Of a stretch of 60,277 nt of DNA, positions 10,694-19,692 are shown in pieces. The notes under the pieces were generated by a model. The model made no database searches, had not been told where the DNA came from, and saw only the letters and a program-made list of their open reading frames with translations. Location of the stretch: the IMG/VR virus record IMGVR_UViG_3300030380_002146, positions 1-60,277 of that record. The stretch is one strand, 5' to 3'. This DNA comes from a virus (taxonomy: Duplodnaviria; Caudoviricetes). Position numbers and translations under genes: made by a program. The number at the start of each line of letters is the position of its first letter. Position 1 is the stretch's first letter.

Positions 10694-13629
10694 GTATATT
10701 AGACCAAATTTTTGACGAAGCTGAAAAAGCAAGGTTACAAGCTGCAAGTAATGCTACAAATAAAACAGCACCCTTACCTACTGCAGCACTCGATGCAATT
10801 CAAAACAGACTTATGACATCGTCTTTTGATAACACTCAGTTAGAAAATGATCTTTCTATGACAGCGTTTGACCCTTCGCAAGAACAAATAGATATGAATC
10901 TTGCAGGTGTGTTAAACGAGGGGATTCCTATTGGTTTAAGAGCAAAAATTAGTGCAAGTGGTGTTACGAATCCAGAAGTAAATAAAAAGAATATTCTTTT
11001 TAATTTAAAAAAATATTTTAAAGAAGAAGGACTTATAGACGATAATTACGATTTTGGATTAAGAATTGGTCCACAAAGTAAACGATTAGAATTTTTAGAT
11101 CCTCGTCCAGAATTTAAAGGTAAGTATAATGTTCTTGATCCATTAGGTGCTGCAGATTTGTTTACTGGAGACCTTGCTGATCTAACAGGAGACATACCAA
11201 CTATTATTGCTGAAATTTCAGCAGCTCTTGGTACAACACTTATTCCAGGAGTTGGTCAAAGTGGTGTAGCTAATATTGCTGCTGCAAGTGCTGCTGCTTT
11301 TGCAACAGAACTAGCTAGATTAAAATTAGCACGAGAAACAGGAATATTATCTCCTGAGGTAACAAACGATGATATTTTAAGACAGGCACTTGATACTGCG
11401 AAATGGAGTGCTTTAGGTGGTGCAGGTGGACAATTATTATATAAATTTGGAAGACCTATTTTATCAAAGCTAGGGATAGTATCACCTAAACTTCGTTTTG
11501 ACATGGATGAAGAATCTTTTATAAAAGCCTATGATAGTTGGGTAAAAACACCTGCTGCAAAAGCAAGTGCCGACGCAAAGGTTCAGCCCTCCTCTGCTCA
11601 AGTAATGATAGCAAGTATTGATGAACCAGGAATTTCTGCTGCAGAAAAAGCTAATAGAATACAAATAGCTAGAGAATTAGCAAGGGAAGAAGAACTTTTA
11701 GCTAAATCTTCAAGTTCGTCTGTTGGCTCTGCTGTTGCAACACCTAGTTTAGAAAAACAAATATTAGCAAGTGGTGAAGTAGATAAAGCGATAAAAGGAA
11801 ATGTCACAGACGGTATGCCCCCTAATGTAGAAACAATAGACACTAGTGAGCTTGCATTACAAAAGGTAGGTCAAGGTGTTAGAACAGGTTTAACAGAAAC
11901 GGTAGAGTTGAGTAAATCGGCTGTTGAGAACTTTTATAAAAATGAATTAAAAGAAATAAATTCTATAATAGATGATGCTGCTAATCTTCCTGTTTCAATA
12001 GCAAATTCTTCGCAAGTAGGTGCTTCTGTAAAAGAAGCAGTGGGTAGTGCTTATGAATCAGCAAACCAAAAATTTAGTGCATCATACGAAGCAATTTATA
12101 AAAAGTGGTCAGAAAAAACTGGTATAAATATTGATAGTGTTGTTATTGGTAAAGGTGGTATAAAGCCCACAGAAGCAGCAAATATTGCAGCAAGTTTAAA
12201 GAAGACTTTTTCTGATAGACCTTTTTTAAGTGCAGAAGAATTAAAAGTTGTAAACAAAGTATATGATGCTTTTGTTATTTCAGAAAAAGGTGGAGCGATT
12301 GGTGTAAAGAATATTTCATTAAGAACCTTAAATGAAAACTTACGAGACCTGAGAAGATTAGAGCGTAAGGCTTATTTGAAATCGTTAAAAGGAGAGGATG
12401 CTCCTTATCCTGAAACAATAAGTTCAATGGTAAAAGCATTAGAGACAGCAAGAACTCGTGTTCTTTCGAGAGCAAACGCACCTAAAGGATTAGCCGAGGA
12501 ATTAAAATTATTAGACGAGGGCTTTGCAGAATTCTCAAAAAAGTTTCGTAACAGTCAACTTTCTGCTGTAGCTAAATTAAGAACGGCTAAAAATCCTGAA
12601 GCAGCATTTAACTTAGTAATGACTCCAGATAAAACTGGTAGGACAGCTGTTTTAGAAGTAGCTGACTTGTTAAAAAAGGATCCTAAAAACGGAGATCTTC
12701 TCGTTCAAGTTGGTGATTCTATTCGTGAACATTGGTTAAAAAATGTTGTAAAAAGAAATAGTGATGGTGTAATTACTAAAATAGATACTACTGCTCATAA
12801 TGCTTTTGTAGAAAAGTATGGAACGGTTATGAAAGAATATCTTTCACCAGAAGCTCTTGCAAAGTTAAATAACGCATCAGACTTTGGAGAAATTATTACT
12901 CAGATAAATGCAAAACGAACTGCTTCTTTATCAGAATTAGATGAGACATTAGAACTAGGTGGTGCGTTACTTAGAGAACCAGAAAAACTATTTAGTTTAG
13001 TTTGGCAACCAGAAAATATAACTCGTTTTCAAAAAGTTATTCCTATTTTAAATAGAGAGCCACAGTTAAAGAAAATATTTCAAGCAAGAGTATTTAAAGA
13101 AATGACTGATGAAAATGCAGGTTTAGTACAGAACATAAACGGTGTAATGGTTCCCGATACAGATCTTATGAGTAGTTATATACGAAACAATAAGGATAAG
13201 TTAGGTTTATTATTTAGTCCAGAATATGTTCAAAATTTAAATAAAGTTTTGACTGCAATGAAACCTGCTTTAACAAATGTAAGTGCAAGAGTCGCAAAAG
13301 AAGAAAATAATGTTTTGTTAACTGCTGCAAGAAGTTTTGTTGGCGTATTTACACGTCCTGGAAGGGTTTTAACTTTCGTAAATAAGATAAGAGGAAAAGC
13401 TAGAGAAGACGCTTTAGTTCAAGCCTTAATAGATCCTGTTAAGCTAAGAGCAATGGCTCAAGCATCAAAAATGAGTCCTGCACATTCTGAAGCTGTAAAA
13501 GTTTTAGGAAGAATTTTTATAGGTAACGATGGAGAGTTTAGTGCAACCTCAAGAACTGGTAATCTGGATGATATAAATGTACCCAAGCCAAGTTCTGCGA
13601 AAGCTATACTAGATTCATTACAAAAGTAG
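10690..13629 (+). CDS. Large putative internal virion/DNA-transfer protein
   Basis: 979 aa, helical with Ala/Gly hydrophobic segments; last gene of the ejection module. Confidence 0.5.
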   Translation: MSILDQIFDEAEKARLQAASNATNKTAPLPTAALDAIQNRLMTSSFDNTQLENDLSMTAFDPSQEQIDMNLAGVLNEGIPIGLRAKISASGVTNPEVNKKNILFNLKKYFKEEGLIDDNYDFGLRIGPQSKRLEFLDPRPEFKGKYNVLDPLGAADLFTGDLADLTGDIPTIIAEISAALGTTLIPGVGQSGVANIAAASAAAFATELARLKLARETGILSPEVTNDDILRQALDTAKWSALGGAGGQLLYKFGRPILSKLGIVSPKLRFDMDEESFIKAYDSWVKTPAAKASADAKVQPSSAQVMIASIDEPGISAAEKANRIQIARELAREEELLAKSSSSSVGSAVATPSLEKQILASGEVDKAIKGNVTDGMPPNVETIDTSELALQKVGQGVRTGLTETVELSKSAVENFYKNELKEINSIIDDAANLPVSIANSSQVGASVKEAVGSAYESANQKFSASYEAIYKKWSEKTGINIDSVVIGKGGIKPTEAANIAASLKKTFSDRPFLSAEELKVVNKVYDAFVISEKGGAIGVKNISLRTLNENLRDLRRLERKAYLKSLKGEDAPYPETISSMVKALETARTRVLSRANAPKGLAEELKLLDEGFAEFSKKFRNSQLSAVAKLRTAKNPEAAFNLVMTPDKTGRTAVLEVADLLKKDPKNGDLLVQVGDSIREHWLKNVVKRNSDGVITKIDTTAHNAFVEKYGTVMKEYLSPEALAKLNNASDFGEIITQINAKRTASLSELDETLELGGALLREPEKLFSLVWQPENITRFQKVIPILNREPQLKKIFQARVFKEMTDENAGLVQNINGVMVPDTDLMSSYIRNNKDKLGLLFSPEYVQNLNKVLTAMKPALTNVSARVAKEENNVLLTAARSFVGVFTRPGRVLTFVNKIRGKAREDALVQALIDPVKLRAMAQASKMSPAHSEAVKVLGRIFIGNDGEFSATSRTGNLDDINVPKPSSAKAILDSLQK

Positions 13630-13635
13630 GTAGCT

Positions 13636-14385
13636 ATGGTTGTTGCTGAAATCCTCACTGGCATCGCCCTAGTACAGAAATCTGTAGACTTCATAAAATC
13701 AAATATTTCCACCGTGCAGGATATTTCTGGCATAGCAAAGCAGATAGATGGGTTCTTTGAGGGCGAAGCTCAAATGAATAAAAAGTCTGGTACTGTAGGT
13801 ATAAAAGAACAGTTTGGTATTGAATCTACAGCCACAGATTTTATTGATAGAAAACTATTAGAAGAAAAGCGTCAAGAACTTAAAACAATTATTAATATGA
13901 GATTTGGACCTACAGCATGGGATCAGATTTTAGCAGAACGTGCAAGTCGAATCAATGAAGCAAAAGAAGCTGTACGTTTACGAAAAGTAGAAAAGCGACA
14001 ACAACAAAAAGAAATTATAGATACTTTACAAACCATGGGTATTATATTTTGTGTCTTAGCAGTGCTTATAATATCTATCGTTTTATCAATAAAAGCGTTT
14101 GCAAAAGGTAAACTTTACAATGCACCTAAAGACTATACAAGACAACAAAAGATACAAAGAGGTGAAATAATTGAACCTGTTATGACAACTTGTCGACTTA
14201 AACTACAAAAAGTTTTTAAAGATAAAATGGCTTGTGTTTATGTTGGTGCTCAAAAAACATATGAATTAGAATTTACAGATATTCATATTGGCTGTCCTCG
14301 AAAATATAAATGTAAACTAAATCCGAATGGAAAAGAGCCAAACATCGATCAAGTCATGGAAAGTTTACGGAGTATTGCGAAATGA
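13636..14385 (+). CDS. Membrane-anchored hypothetical protein with Cys-rich C-terminal domain
   Basis: Coiled coil, one hydrophobic helix (MGIIFCVLAVLIISIVLSI), then four conserved-looking Cys. Confidence 0.55.
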   Translation: MVVAEILTGIALVQKSVDFIKSNISTVQDISGIAKQIDGFFEGEAQMNKKSGTVGIKEQFGIESTATDFIDRKLLEEKRQELKTIINMRFGPTAWDQILAERASRINEAKEAVRLRKVEKRQQQKEIIDTLQTMGIIFCVLAVLIISIVLSIKAFAKGKLYNAPKDYTRQQKIQRGEIIEPVMTTCRLKLQKVFKDKMACVYVGAQKTYELEFTDIHIGCPRKYKCKLNPNGKEPNIDQVMESLRSIAK

Positions 14386-14582
14386 CAGCATTTATGCTAT
14401 ACTGTACATTAAATGGGTTTGTTGCAGAAGGAGCAATATATTTTAGGAACGTAAATGATTGTTTAAGTTTCGATAAAAAGCTAAGTAACCAAACTTATAT
14501 GAAAAACGATGAAGAGCAAGTATATGATTGTATTTGTAAACTTATACCAAAAATAGATCCAAAGAGAGTGAGGATATACTAA
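14382..14582 (+). CDS. Small Cys-containing hypothetical protein
   Basis: ATGA overlap with the upstream gene; 66 aa with four Cys. Confidence 0.55.
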   Translation: MTAFMLYCTLNGFVAEGAIYFRNVNDCLSFDKKLSNQTYMKNDEEQVYDCICKLIPKIDPKRVRIY

Positions 14583-14752
14583 TGAAAACACATTATAAAA
14601 AAGACGGAACTGTTTATAAGGGGAAGTCTCATAAAATGAAAGACGGTACTTTACATAGTGGTAATACGCATACTTCTAAAAGTGTAAAATTATTTCATTT
14701 AAAAGAGCTTAGTAAGTCTGTACAAAATAAACTAAAAAAGAAAAGTACATGA
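14582..14752 (+). CDS. Small His/Lys-rich protein (56 aa, not in the ORF track)
   Basis: Translated by hand: MKTHYKKDGTVYKGKSHKMKDGTLHSGNTHTSKSVKLFHLKELSKSVQNKLKKKST. Coupled at both ends (TAATG, ATGA). Confidence 0.7.
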   Translation: MKTHYKKDGTVYKGKSHKMKDGTLHSGNTHTSKSVKLFHLKELSKSVQNKLKKKST

Positions 14753-14958
14753 CAGAAGATAAAAAGAAAATAGTAAATTTAGATATAGGTCAAAATAGTT
14801 TTGAGTTATCTCTAAGAATACTAGGTAATGAGTTTGTTGCTATTAAGATTGGCTCTACTAACTTCAGTGGTAAGCTAATAGCTGGAGGAATCTTGTTATT
14901 ATTTTTTACTTTAGTTCTGTTAGAGGGCTTTGGTCTAAATGAGATTTTAATACAATGA
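14749..14958 (+). CDS. Small membrane protein
   Basis: C-terminal hydrophobic helix; ATGA coupling. Confidence 0.55.
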   Translation: MTEDKKKIVNLDIGQNSFELSLRILGNEFVAIKIGSTNFSGKLIAGGILLLFFTLVLLEGFGLNEILIQ

Positions 14959-15191
14959 ATGTAGATACTTTTTTAAGATGGAAAATACTACCAAGATTAA
15001 TGATGCTTGCTAGTACAGTAATGTCTTGGCGTTGTGCAGAATGGTTTATGGGTTTAGAAGATCCAACTGCTAGTCAATCTGCATTTGTATCTGTCGTTAT
15101 GGGTGTAATGACAGGTGTGTTTGGTATATGGATGGGTCACGAACATAAAGGAGACAATAATGTTAACAGCGTTAATAGGACCAGTAAGTAA
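14955..15191 (+). CDS. Two-TM membrane protein (holin-like)
   Basis: Two hydrophobic segments; RWKILPR motif; adjacent to lysis genes. Confidence 0.5.
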   Translation: MNVDTFLRWKILPRLMMLASTVMSWRCAEWFMGLEDPTASQSAFVSVVMGVMTGVFGIWMGHEHKGDNNVNSVNRTSK

Positions 15192-15555
15192 TCTTCTTGG
15201 TAAGTTTATAGAAGATAAAGATATGAAGAACAAGTTGGCACATGAAGTGGCAACTATGGCTGAAAACCATGCTCAAGAGTTAGCAAAAGGTCAGCTAGAG
15301 ATAAACAAAGCAGAAGCTACGCATAAATCGATATTTGTGGCTGGATGGCGACCATTTATCGGTTGGACTTGTGGAGTAGCTTTATGTTGGCATTTTGTTC
15401 TTGCACCAGTAACCATGTTCCTTTGTGCCTATTTAGGAGTAGTCATACCTGAACTGCCAACATTTGATATGGGTAGCCTTATGACAGTCTTAATGGGAAT
15501 GTTAGGACTTGGTGGTCTTAGGACATATGAGAAACAAAAAGGGTTGACTAAGTAG
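15160..15555 (+). CDS. Holin of the 3TM (GTA-holin-like) family
   Basis: FVAGWRPFIGW and LMGMLGLGGLRTYEK motifs; GGAG RBS favours the ATG at 15160. Confidence 0.8.
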   Translation: MLTALIGPVSNLLGKFIEDKDMKNKLAHEVATMAENHAQELAKGQLEINKAEATHKSIFVAGWRPFIGWTCGVALCWHFVLAPVTMFLCAYLGVVIPELPTFDMGSLMTVLMGMLGLGGLRTYEKQKGLTK

Positions 15556-16012
15556 CAACTTGTTCCTTAATACCTAAGTCTTCCATTCTTTTTATGAGTC
15601 GATTAGCACGATTAGTTACTTGTTTATGCCAACGGCTATCTTCCATTTGAACTGCTGCTTCAAACCAGTCTTCCTCAGCAATAGCTTTATTCATATTCTT
15701 AAATTTAGAAAGACGAGGTCTGCCCATATTAAACATCATGTTACATAAGATCAACTGTGCTTCCTCTGGTATTTGATCAAAGTTATCATATAGTTTTTTA
15801 CACTCTTCTATTGTACCAAAAACATCTGTTTGAAAACAATTATTGACTCTATCTTCGGAAACTTCAGTACCAACAGGTTTTCCATATTCGTCATCCCACT
15901 CTGTTACAAGATGTCCAATACCAAAAGTAGGTAGCCCAAGGTGATCTAAATATACCTCGTACTTACAACCCTCGTCTTTTTCTATTTCTACTCTTAGTCT
16001 ATCAATATTCAT
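15548..16012 (-). CDS. Phage lysozyme (GH24, T4-type endolysin)
   Basis: DEG..YEVYLDHLGLPTFGIGHLV catalytic E-D-T region; NMMFNMG; SRWHKQVTNRANRL. Confidence 0.9.
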   Translation of the reverse strand: MNIDRLRVEIEKDEGCKYEVYLDHLGLPTFGIGHLVTEWDDEYGKPVGTEVSEDRVNNCFQTDVFGTIEECKKLYDNFDQIPEEAQLILCNMMFNMGRPRLSKFKNMNKAIAEEDWFEAAVQMEDSRWHKQVTNRANRLIKRMEDLGIKEQVAT

Positions 16013-16215
16013 TAAACTGCCTCCAATGGTTTTATACTTAATTCATATCCCATTTTATTTAATACTTTATCGAAGTTTTCAAGAGTTGGTTGTCTTTGTC
16101 TTGCTTCCCAAGTATAAACTGTAATGACACTAACACCTGTATCTTCCGATACTTGCTTTTGAGTCAAGTCGTTTTCTTTTCTCAAGTCTTTAAATGTTTT
16201 AATTAAATCAGCCAT
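16012..16215 (-). CDS. XRE/Cro-family helix-turn-helix regulator
   Basis: LRKENDLTQKQVSEDTGVSVITVYTWE...PTLENF. Confidence 0.85.
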   Translation of the reverse strand: MADLIKTFKDLRKENDLTQKQVSEDTGVSVITVYTWEARQRQPTLENFDKVLNKMGYELSIKPLEAV

Positions 16216-17654
16216 TTTTTCCAATCTTCTCCTAGAACTTGTGTAGCTATATTTATCTTTTGTCTTAATGCTTTTACTATAACTTCATCAACCGTTTTTT
16301 CTGAAACAAGATCAATATAAGTAACTTTTTGTTCCTGACCGATTCTGTGTGCACGGTCTTCTGATTGCAACCTTACCTCAAGATCATAACTATTACTATA
16401 ATAAATTACTGTATTAGCAGCAGTTAGGGTAAGACCATAGCCCCCAGTTTTGGGTTGACCAATAAAAAACCTAAGATCGTCGTTGTTTTGAAAAGACTCG
16501 ACAATCTTTTGTCTTTCTTCTCCTGGAGTATCACCAAAGTATGATGCAGTTGATTTATCACCATATTCTTTTTTAAGAGCAGATTGGATAGCTAATATAT
16601 CGTGTCTATAGTTAGCCCATATAATTGCTTTTCCGTTTACTTCTTCTAAAATACCAAGAAGTTCAGTTAACCTATTGTTTTTTAATTCAACACTAGAACC
16701 ACTATCTGTATTTAAAAAGCCACAACTTATTTGATGAAGTCGTAATAGCTGAGTTATAACAGCGTTTGCAGTAACTTGTTCCATATCATCTAATATAGTA
16801 ACTGCATTCTTTTTCATTTCGTCGTATACTTTTTTCTGTTCAGGGGTTAACTCTATAGATCGTCTTGTATATACTTTTTCTGGTAAATCTAAACATTGTT
16901 CTTTCGTAACTCTAAACGAATTAGGTTTAATAAGATCAGTAAGTTCATCTAAGTTTCTAAACCCAAGTATTTGATTATATTGGTGTGTTCCTGCAGACCT
17001 ACGAATCATATCTGCAAAGCGAGAACAAAAAGAGTAATATGATTTAAAGCCTAGTATTGATTCGCCAAGGAAAGCAAACTGAGAATATAAGTCTAAAGGT
17101 GATTTAGTTATTGGTGAACCTGTAAGTATTCTTTTATACTTTGCTTGTTTTGCTAAGTCTATTGCGTTCTTAGTTCTTTTTGCTTTAGGGTTTTTTATTA
17201 CTGTCGATTCGTCTATAGCCAATAACGATCCAAGACCAAGTCCATTCTTATGCCTAAACAAAAACTTCTTTGCTACTTCTAAAGCCTTACCTCCTGATAA
17301 TGCTTCGATATTCATTACAAATATATGTAGATCCCACTCTGGATCCCAAATACTTTTTATCTGATTTTTTATCTTCTGTGTTAAGGGCGAAGCCCAATAA
17401 GCAACTTTATATTCTATGTGCTCAGGTAAGTGGTTTGGTATCTCTTGTCCAACCCAGTTTTTGTAAACACCTTTCGGTGCAAGAATCAAAGCTGAATTAA
17501 TCTCGCCCTTATCGTAAAGATGTGCTATGGTATCTATTAATACTTTTGATTTTCCTGTTCCCATATCCATTAACAATGCGTATTCTTGTTTTTCGCAGGA
17601 AACAGTTAAAGCATCTAATTGATGCTTATACGGTTTAGTTTTAAACTTAAACAA
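16203..17654 (-). CDS. SNF2-family (SF2) helicase
   Basis: MDMGTGKS, IDES, LTGSP, GGYGLTLTAA and QSEDRAHRIGQ motifs; TTG start with an AGGAG RBS. Confidence 0.9.
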   Translation of the reverse strand: MFKFKTKPYKHQLDALTVSCEKQEYALLMDMGTGKSKVLIDTIAHLYDKGEINSALILAPKGVYKNWVGQEIPNHLPEHIEYKVAYWASPLTQKIKNQIKSIWDPEWDLHIFVMNIEALSGGKALEVAKKFLFRHKNGLGLGSLLAIDESTVIKNPKAKRTKNAIDLAKQAKYKRILTGSPITKSPLDLYSQFAFLGESILGFKSYYSFCSRFADMIRRSAGTHQYNQILGFRNLDELTDLIKPNSFRVTKEQCLDLPEKVYTRRSIELTPEQKKVYDEMKKNAVTILDDMEQVTANAVITQLLRLHQISCGFLNTDSGSSVELKNNRLTELLGILEEVNGKAIIWANYRHDILAIQSALKKEYGDKSTASYFGDTPGEERQKIVESFQNNDDLRFFIGQPKTGGYGLTLTAANTVIYYSNSYDLEVRLQSEDRAHRIGQEQKVTYIDLVSEKTVDEVIVKALRQKINIATQVLGEDWKKWLI

Positions 17655-17720
17655 ATTTCTCTCCTTCTTCTTTCTAAAATTACTATACTATAATAATATC
17701 TAGTGAGATATATATACTTT

Positions 17721-17839
17721 ATGAAAAAAGTTGCTTACGACCCTTTATCTATCATATTGTAAAAACAAATCTCATAGAGTACTTGTTCAGTAAAAACAAA
17801 GACTTAGGTATGCTCTTATGATATTATGAGATTATGACG
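17721..17839 (-). repeat. Copy 1 of a dispersed ~120-bp element (inverted relative to 37194..37314)
   Basis: Exact reverse-complement blocks: 17738-17755 with 37280-37297, 17754-17770 with 37253-37269, 17820-17838 with 37195-37213. Confidence 0.9.
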
Positions 17840-17960
17840 AGCTTTTTAAAAAATAAAAAAAGCAAAAACTTTTTAAAATTACATTAGACTACCAGTAAAT
17901 ACCTATTTATATTTATATAATAATATAGTAAGTTAAATTAAATAAAATGGAGAAAGTAGA

Positions 17961-18305
17961 ATGGAACAAAATACTACAGTTTATGTAGTCCAAGACTTCG
18001 GCACTAAAAATATATCAGGTGCTACGAGGTTTGGCAGAATAAGAACACTACTACCTCCTAATAGACAAATCGTATTTAGTTCTGCTCCAACTGTTGCACG
18101 GTTGCGAGAAGGCTTAAATGAGTTCTCTGATGACGACTACTTGTTGCTCATGGGAGATCCTGCTGCTATTGGTATAGCATGCAGTATAGCTTCCCATGTA
18201 AATGATGGGAAGTTTAAAATGCTAAAGTGGGATAGACAAGAAGCACTATATCTACCCATAAATATTAACCTAAAATACTTTGGAGAGTATGATGGAAAAT
18301 CTTGA
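17961..18305 (+). CDS. Conserved phage hypothetical protein (first gene of the replication operon)
   Basis: GGAG RBS; VYVVQD, DYLLLMGDP and LKWDRQ motifs. Confidence 0.65.
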   Translation: MEQNTTVYVVQDFGTKNISGATRFGRIRTLLPPNRQIVFSSAPTVARLREGLNEFSDDDYLLLMGDPAAIGIACSIASHVNDGKFKMLKWDRQEALYLPININLKYFGEYDGKS

Positions 18306-18855
18306 CGATATCCTCAGTGGTGAGGCAATAAACACCTTAAATGTCAAGGCAACAACTGATGAGTTAAATCGGTTGTCGACGTTGGCTAACGAACTTATTC
18401 ATAAACAAAAGGAAGTAAAAGATTACGAAGAATCTATTAAAGACTTTAAGTTTAGAATAAGACAAATAGCAGAACAAGAAATACCTGACCTTTTAGCAGA
18501 GGTTGGTTTATCTAGTTTTGAATTAAAAGACGGAACTAAAGTAAAGGTTGAGCCTTTTGTTACGGCTCATATCTCAAAAGACCGAGCAAACGAAGCACAT
18601 TCTTGGTTAGAGCAAAACGGTTTCGGAGAACTCATAAAGCGTGAAGTTGTTTCGCAGTTTGGCAGAGGTGACAATAAGTATGTAGAAGTCATGTCAGCTT
18701 TAGATAGTATGGGGCAAAGTTATACTACTAAAGAGGGTGTTCACCATGCCACTTTAAAATCATTCGCTAGAGAACAAATGGAAAAGGGAACGGATATTCC
18801 TGTTAACTTATTTGGTCTGTATAGTGGTTTCACAACTAAAATTTCAAAGTCATAG
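18289..18855 (+). CDS. Replication-associated hypothetical protein
   Basis: Coiled coil, then IPDLLAEVGLSSFELKDG, WLEQNGFGELIK and VHHATLKSF; this type of gene commonly precedes phage SSB-like genes. Confidence 0.6.
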   Translation: MMENLDDILSGEAINTLNVKATTDELNRLSTLANELIHKQKEVKDYEESIKDFKFRIRQIAEQEIPDLLAEVGLSSFELKDGTKVKVEPFVTAHISKDRANEAHSWLEQNGFGELIKREVVSQFGRGDNKYVEVMSALDSMGQSYTTKEGVHHATLKSFAREQMEKGTDIPVNLFGLYSGFTTKISKS

Positions 18856-18864
18856 GAGGAAAAA

Positions 18865-19656
18865 ATGGCACAAGCAGTTGTAAAGAAAGAAGAGTCAGCT
18901 ATTATAGTAGTAGATGACGATATATTAAATGTAGGTACAGGGTTAGAAGAAACAACTACTGACGATTATTCTGTTCCTTTTATAAGGATTATCCAATCAG
19001 GTAGTCCTCAACTTAATAAGAACGATGGTAAGTATGTAAAGGGGGCAGAGCAAGGTCACATTTATAATACTGTTACTTCGGAGTGTACTGATGGCGACGA
19101 AGGACTTATTGTTGTTCCTTGTTATTATCAAAAGAAGTACATAGAGTGGAAGTCTCGTGATAATAGTGGGGGTGGTTTAGTTAACCCTGACCATACTAGG
19201 GAGATACTTAGCAAGTGCACAAAGACAGATAAGAATAAATTTGTTTTAGAAAACGGTAATTATATCGAAGAGACAGCCCATTTCTATGTTATGATCACTA
19301 ACCAAGAAGAAACCGAGTGGCAACAAGCCGTTCTTACTATGACATCGACTCAGCTAAGTAAAGCGAGAAAGTGGATTAGTCAGATGAAACAAAGGAAAGT
19401 TCAGAATAGTAAAGGCGATCTAGTTGAAGCCCCAATGTTCATGTTTCGTTATCTAGTAAAAACTATAGGTGAACAGAACGACCAAGGTTCTTGGTATGGT
19501 TGGTCTATTGGTTTAGATAAAGCTGTTAACAGTAAGCCTTTTCTTATTGAAGCAAGTAACTTCTTAAAAGGTATTAGATCAGGAGATGTAAAAGTAAAAC
19601 AACCTGATCAAGAAGGTGCAACAAGCACCGATCTCGACGACTCAGTACCATTCTAG
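18865..19656 (+). CDS. Putative single-stranded DNA-binding protein
   Basis: Acidic C-terminal tail ending DLDDSVPF; AGGAGG RBS; followed by a terminator; replication context. Confidence 0.55.
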   Translation: MAQAVVKKEESAIIVVDDDILNVGTGLEETTTDDYSVPFIRIIQSGSPQLNKNDGKYVKGAEQGHIYNTVTSECTDGDEGLIVVPCYYQKKYIEWKSRDNSGGGLVNPDHTREILSKCTKTDKNKFVLENGNYIEETAHFYVMITNQEETEWQQAVLTMTSTQLSKARKWISQMKQRKVQNSKGDLVEAPMFMFRYLVKTIGEQNDQGSWYGWSIGLDKAVNSKPFLIEASNFLKGIRSGDVKVKQPDQEGATSTDLDDSVPF

Positions 19657-19663
19657 GTATAAG

Positions 19664-19689
19664 GGGGCAGTGAAAACTGCCCCTGTTTT
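19664..19689 (+). terminator. Rho-independent terminator
   Basis: ggggcagt-gaaa-actgcccc followed by tgtttt. Confidence 0.75.
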
Positions 19690-19692
19690 ATT

